Positions 60,285-64,000 of a stretch of DNA of 64,000 nt are shown here, piece after piece (within the stretch, counting starts at the first letter, position 1; every line of letters starts with the position of its first letter). The DNA is from Mustelus asterias (Eukaryota): assembly GCF_964213995.1 (NCBI RefSeq), contig NC_135803.1, positions 19,282,001 to 19,346,000 on the forward strand, written 5' to 3'. The notes beneath the pieces were generated by a model that saw nothing but the letters and a program-made list of their open reading frames with translations, had not been told where the DNA came from and ran no database searches. Both the position numbers and the translations under genes were made by a program.

Positions 60285-60600
60285 CTAGAATTATCAAATC
60301 TTACTGTTTAGAAGGGTGCCATTCAGTCCATCAAGTCTGCACCGATCACAATCCCACCCAGACGCTATCTCCATTTACCCTAGCTAGTCCCTCTGACACT
60401 AAGGGGCAATTTAGCACGGCCAATCCACCTAATGCGCACAGCTTTGGACTGTGGGAGGAAACCGGAGCACCCGGAGGAAACCCACGTAGACATAGAAAGA
60501 ATGTGCAAATTCCACCCAAACAGTGACTCAAGCTGGGAATCAAACCCAGGTCCCTGGCGCTGTGAAACAGTAGTGCTAATCACTATGCCACCGTGCCTCC
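60285..60600 (-). mobile_element. HE1-like V-SINE (tail A)
   Basis: Copy on the reverse strand. Confidence 0.85.
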
Positions 60601-61369
60601 CATATTACCCTAATTGCAGCTCATGAATCAGAGGAGTGTCGGTGCCGTGTAAGGAGGAAGATTGGATATGAATATGGCCATCATCCTCAGTGTTTTCAGT
60701 CCTGAGCCATGGCTGCAGTCATGACCACTCCAATGATGATAAGCAGAGTCTCTCCGATGGCAGTGAGTACCTTTGGCCATGCCCATTCCTGCATGGCCAA
60801 AGGTACTGCAGGCCATGCAGGAATGGGCCTGCAGTACCTTTGGATGGAGGCTGTTGCGCTGTTGCCTCTGGTTCTGCGCACTTTGCCCTGCAAGGGAGAG
60901 CGCAATGTGTTAGGGTCAGGTGCCTTGTCATACTCGAATGTGCCCTGCCTATGAGATGTGGTTATGAGGTTTGTGGAGACATGAAGCTGAACATTAGGAA
61001 TGAGTCATGATTGATAGAGTTTTGCTGGAAGAGTGAAGGAGATATTGAGCAGTGTGTGAGGCGAATGGCGCAGTTGGTGGGATGTGGAATTTGATACATT
61101 CACTGAATTTTACCACTCGTGTGAGGTCAATAGTTTGAATAGCAGCGTATCCAGGTCTTCTGGCCTAAACCCTTGCCATTTGCTAATTATCTGGTCGCAG
61201 TGCCTTTACAAAGTTGTCTGGAGGGTATTATAGCCTCCTATGGGTAGATAATAACTTCATACCCTTCCATCTTCTACACCAAATACCTCTAGTGCACCGT
61301 TGTAAAATCTTAGAATCTGCTTATCGTTTTGTGCCATTCACGTGTCTATTTCATATCAAAAACAATCCA

Positions 61370-62155
61370 TGTCCATATGCACGACCGCCAGACAATATCC
61401 AGGCTTGGGTTGATAAGTGGCAAATAACATTAGTGCCATGCAATCACTAATGAGAATCAAACCATCTCCCCTTGACATTCAATGGCATTACCATTGTTGA
61501 ATCTCCCACTATCAACATCCTAGAGGTTCCCATTGACCATAAATTGAACTGGACCAGCCATCCAAATACAATGGCTACAAGAATAGGAAACGCATGGCGA
61601 ATAAATCACCTCCTGACTCCCCAAAGCCTGTCCATCATCGACAAGGCGTCGTTCAGCGGTGTGGTGGAATACTCTGTGCCTGGATGAGTGTAGCTCCAGC
61701 AACACTCAAGGAGCTCAGCACCATTCAGGACAAAGCATCCCGCTTAATTGGCACCCCATCTTCAGTGTTCACTCCTTCCACCACTGACACACAGTGGCGG
61801 CTCCTATAATCTACAGGATGCACTCCCCAAGGATCCTTCAACAGTACCTTCCAAACCCACGACTGCTACCACTTCGAAGATCAAGAACACCAGACACCTA
61901 GGAACACAACCATATGGAAGTTCCCCCCAAGTCATTCACTAAGCTGACTAAGAAATATATTACTGTTCCTTCACTGTCGCTGGATAAAAATCCTGGACAT
62001 ACCTCCTCAACATCACTGTGGGTGTTTCTACACCTCAGGAACTGCAGTGTTTCAAGAAGGCAGCTCACCACCACCTTCTCAAGGGCAATTAAAGATGGGT
62101 AATAAATGCTGGCCTAGCCAGTGAAGCCTGTAGCCAATGAACGAATCAATTTTAA
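61370..62155 (+). mobile_element. L2/CR1-group LINE 3' end (same family as 35610-36893)
   Basis: IQAWVDKWQIT, TFNGITIVESPTINIL, and tail CTCAAGGGCAATTAAAGATGGGTAATAAATGCTGGCC. Confidence 0.8.
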
Positions 62156-62344
62156 AAACAGAATCACTTCTAATGACTTCTATTACCTGCTCCAACCAAA
62201 ATATACCTTCCCTTTAAGTGGTGCAGGTTCCTTTAAGGGATTCCTCCCTGCCATGCATGAAGCTTTTCATGTGTTGCCTGAATTAGAAGCAAGAGGTGCA
62301 AGTTAACCATGATCCCCGTACCCTTCTTCAGGACTCTTGTAATC

Positions 62345-63863
62345 TTTTATTTTATTCATTCGTGGGACATGGGCGCTACTGGTTGGCCAACATTTATTGC
62401 CCACCCCTAGTTTCCTGAGGGCAGTTGAGAGTCAACCACATTGCTGTGGCTCTGGAGTCACATGTAACATGAGAACATTACATGCGCAGTGGACAATGGG
62501 GAACCTGTGGATATGGTGTATCTGGATTTCCAAAAGGCATTTGACAAGGTGCCGCACCAAAGACTGCTACATCAGATAAGGGTGCACGGTGTTACAGGTA
62601 ATGTATTAGCATGGATAGAGGATTGGTTAACTAACCGAAAGCAAAGCATAGGGGTAAATGGGTGTTTTTCTGGTTGGCGATCAGTGACTAGTGGTGTACC
62701 TCAGGGATCAGTGTTGGGACCGCAATTGTTTACAATTTACCTGGATGATTGGGATTTGGGGACCAAGTGTAATGTGTCAAAGTTCGCAGATGACACTAAG
62801 ATGAGTGGCTGAGCAAAGTGTGCAGAGGATGCTGAAAGTCTGTAAAGGGATATAGATAGTCTAAGTGAGTGGGTGAGGGTCTGGCAGATGGAGTACAATG
62901 TTGATGAATGTGAGATCATCCATTTTGGTAGTAATAACAGCAAAATACTATTATTTAAATGATAAAAAATTGCAGCATGCTGCTGTGCAGAGGGACCTGG
63001 GTTTCAGAGGGCAGCAGGTAATTAAGAAGGCAAATGGAATTTTGTCCTCCATTGCTAGGGGGATGGAGTTTAAAAACAGGTTATGTTGCAGCTATATAAG
63101 GTGCTGGTGAGGCCACACCTGGAGTACTGTGTACAGTTTTGGTCTCCTTACTTGAGAAAGGATATATTGGCACTGGAGGGGGTGCAGAGGAGATTCACTA
63201 GGTTGATTCCGGAGTTGAGAGGGTTGGCTTATGAGGAGAGACTGAGTAGACTGGGGCTATACTCATTAGAATTCAGAAGAATGAGGGGAGATCTTATAGA
63301 AACGTATAAAATTATGAAGGGAATAGATAAGTTAGAAGCAGGGAGGTTGTTTCCACTGGCAGATGAAACTAGAACTAGGGGGTCTGGCCTCAAAATAAGG
63401 GGGAGCAGACTTGGGACTGAGTTGAGAAATAACTTCTTCACCCAAAGATGTGAATCTGTGGAATTCCCAGTGAAGCAGTTGAGGCTACCTCATTGAATGT
63501 TTTTAAGGCAAGGATAGATACATTTTTGAGCAGTTATGCTGAGTGGGTGGGTAAGTGGAGCTGAGTCCACAAAAAGATCAGCCATGATCTTATTGAATGG
63601 TGAAGCAGGCTCGAGGGGCCAAATGGCCTACTCCTGCTCCTTATTTAGGCCAGACCAGGTAAGGATAGCAGATTTCCTTCCCTAAAGGACATTAGTGAAC
63701 CCAATGGGGTTTTCCAACAATCGACAATGATTTCATGGTCATCAGGAGATTCTTAATTCCAATTTTTAAAAATTGAATTCAAATTCCACCAGCTGTTGTG
63801 GCAGGATTCGAACCTGAGTCCCCAGAACATTAGTTGAGTTGCTGAATTAATAGTCCAGCGATA
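62345..63863. mobile_element. Second-family SINE (minus; 62345-62465 and 63646-63863) split by a 1.2-kb CR1 insertion (plus; ~62467-63642)
   Basis: The SINE breaks at GTCACATGT and resumes at TAGGCCAGACCAGG. The insert encodes [13 protein letters not shown]...[10 protein letters not shown]...FADDTK. Confidence 0.88.
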
Positions 63864-64000
63864 AGGCCTCTGGGCCCTTGCAGCCTTTCCTGAGATCCTG
63901 TGCCCAACACAAAATTAAGACCTTCAAATCAAGGTTTGAACATTACTTCTTCACTTTTGCTTTCCAACTCCCTGGTGATAAAGGCCAATGTTCCTTTGCC

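Overview
Eukaryotic genomic DNA, most likely a shark/elasmobranch (inferred from HE1-type V-SINEs and the CR1/Penelope repeat content). The + strand carries the last 11 coding exons of PLOD2 (lysyl hydroxylase 2; exons 10-20 by homology to human, recalled from memory). They run from 3388 to the stop codon at 53106, have GT-AG boundaries, and include the 63-nt alternative exon 13A. Almost everything else is repeat: a 27-bp minisatellite, many CR1, Rex1/Babar-like and L2/CR1-group LINE fragments, at least three tRNA-derived SINE types, Harbinger-like MITEs and Penelope-like elements (PLEs). Most ORFs in the supplied track are spurious repeat-derived frames. The most notable observations are: (1) a ~330-bp retroposon that starts with U2 snRNA nt 1-39, contains a second U2 fragment and hairpins, ends in poly(A) and is flanked by a long target-site duplication (TSD), i.e. 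a candidate snRNA-derived SINE or Keno-like chimera; (2) short PLE-derived inserts carrying minimal type I hammerhead ribozymes with stem covariation, including a tandem pair in one intron and a palindromic copy in the PLOD2 3'UTR; (3) V-SINEs with two alternative LINE-derived tails; (4) a ~540-bp intron-to-intron duplication that looks like a reverse-transcriptase template switch. Repeat boundaries are approximate and were read by eye. No database searches were run.
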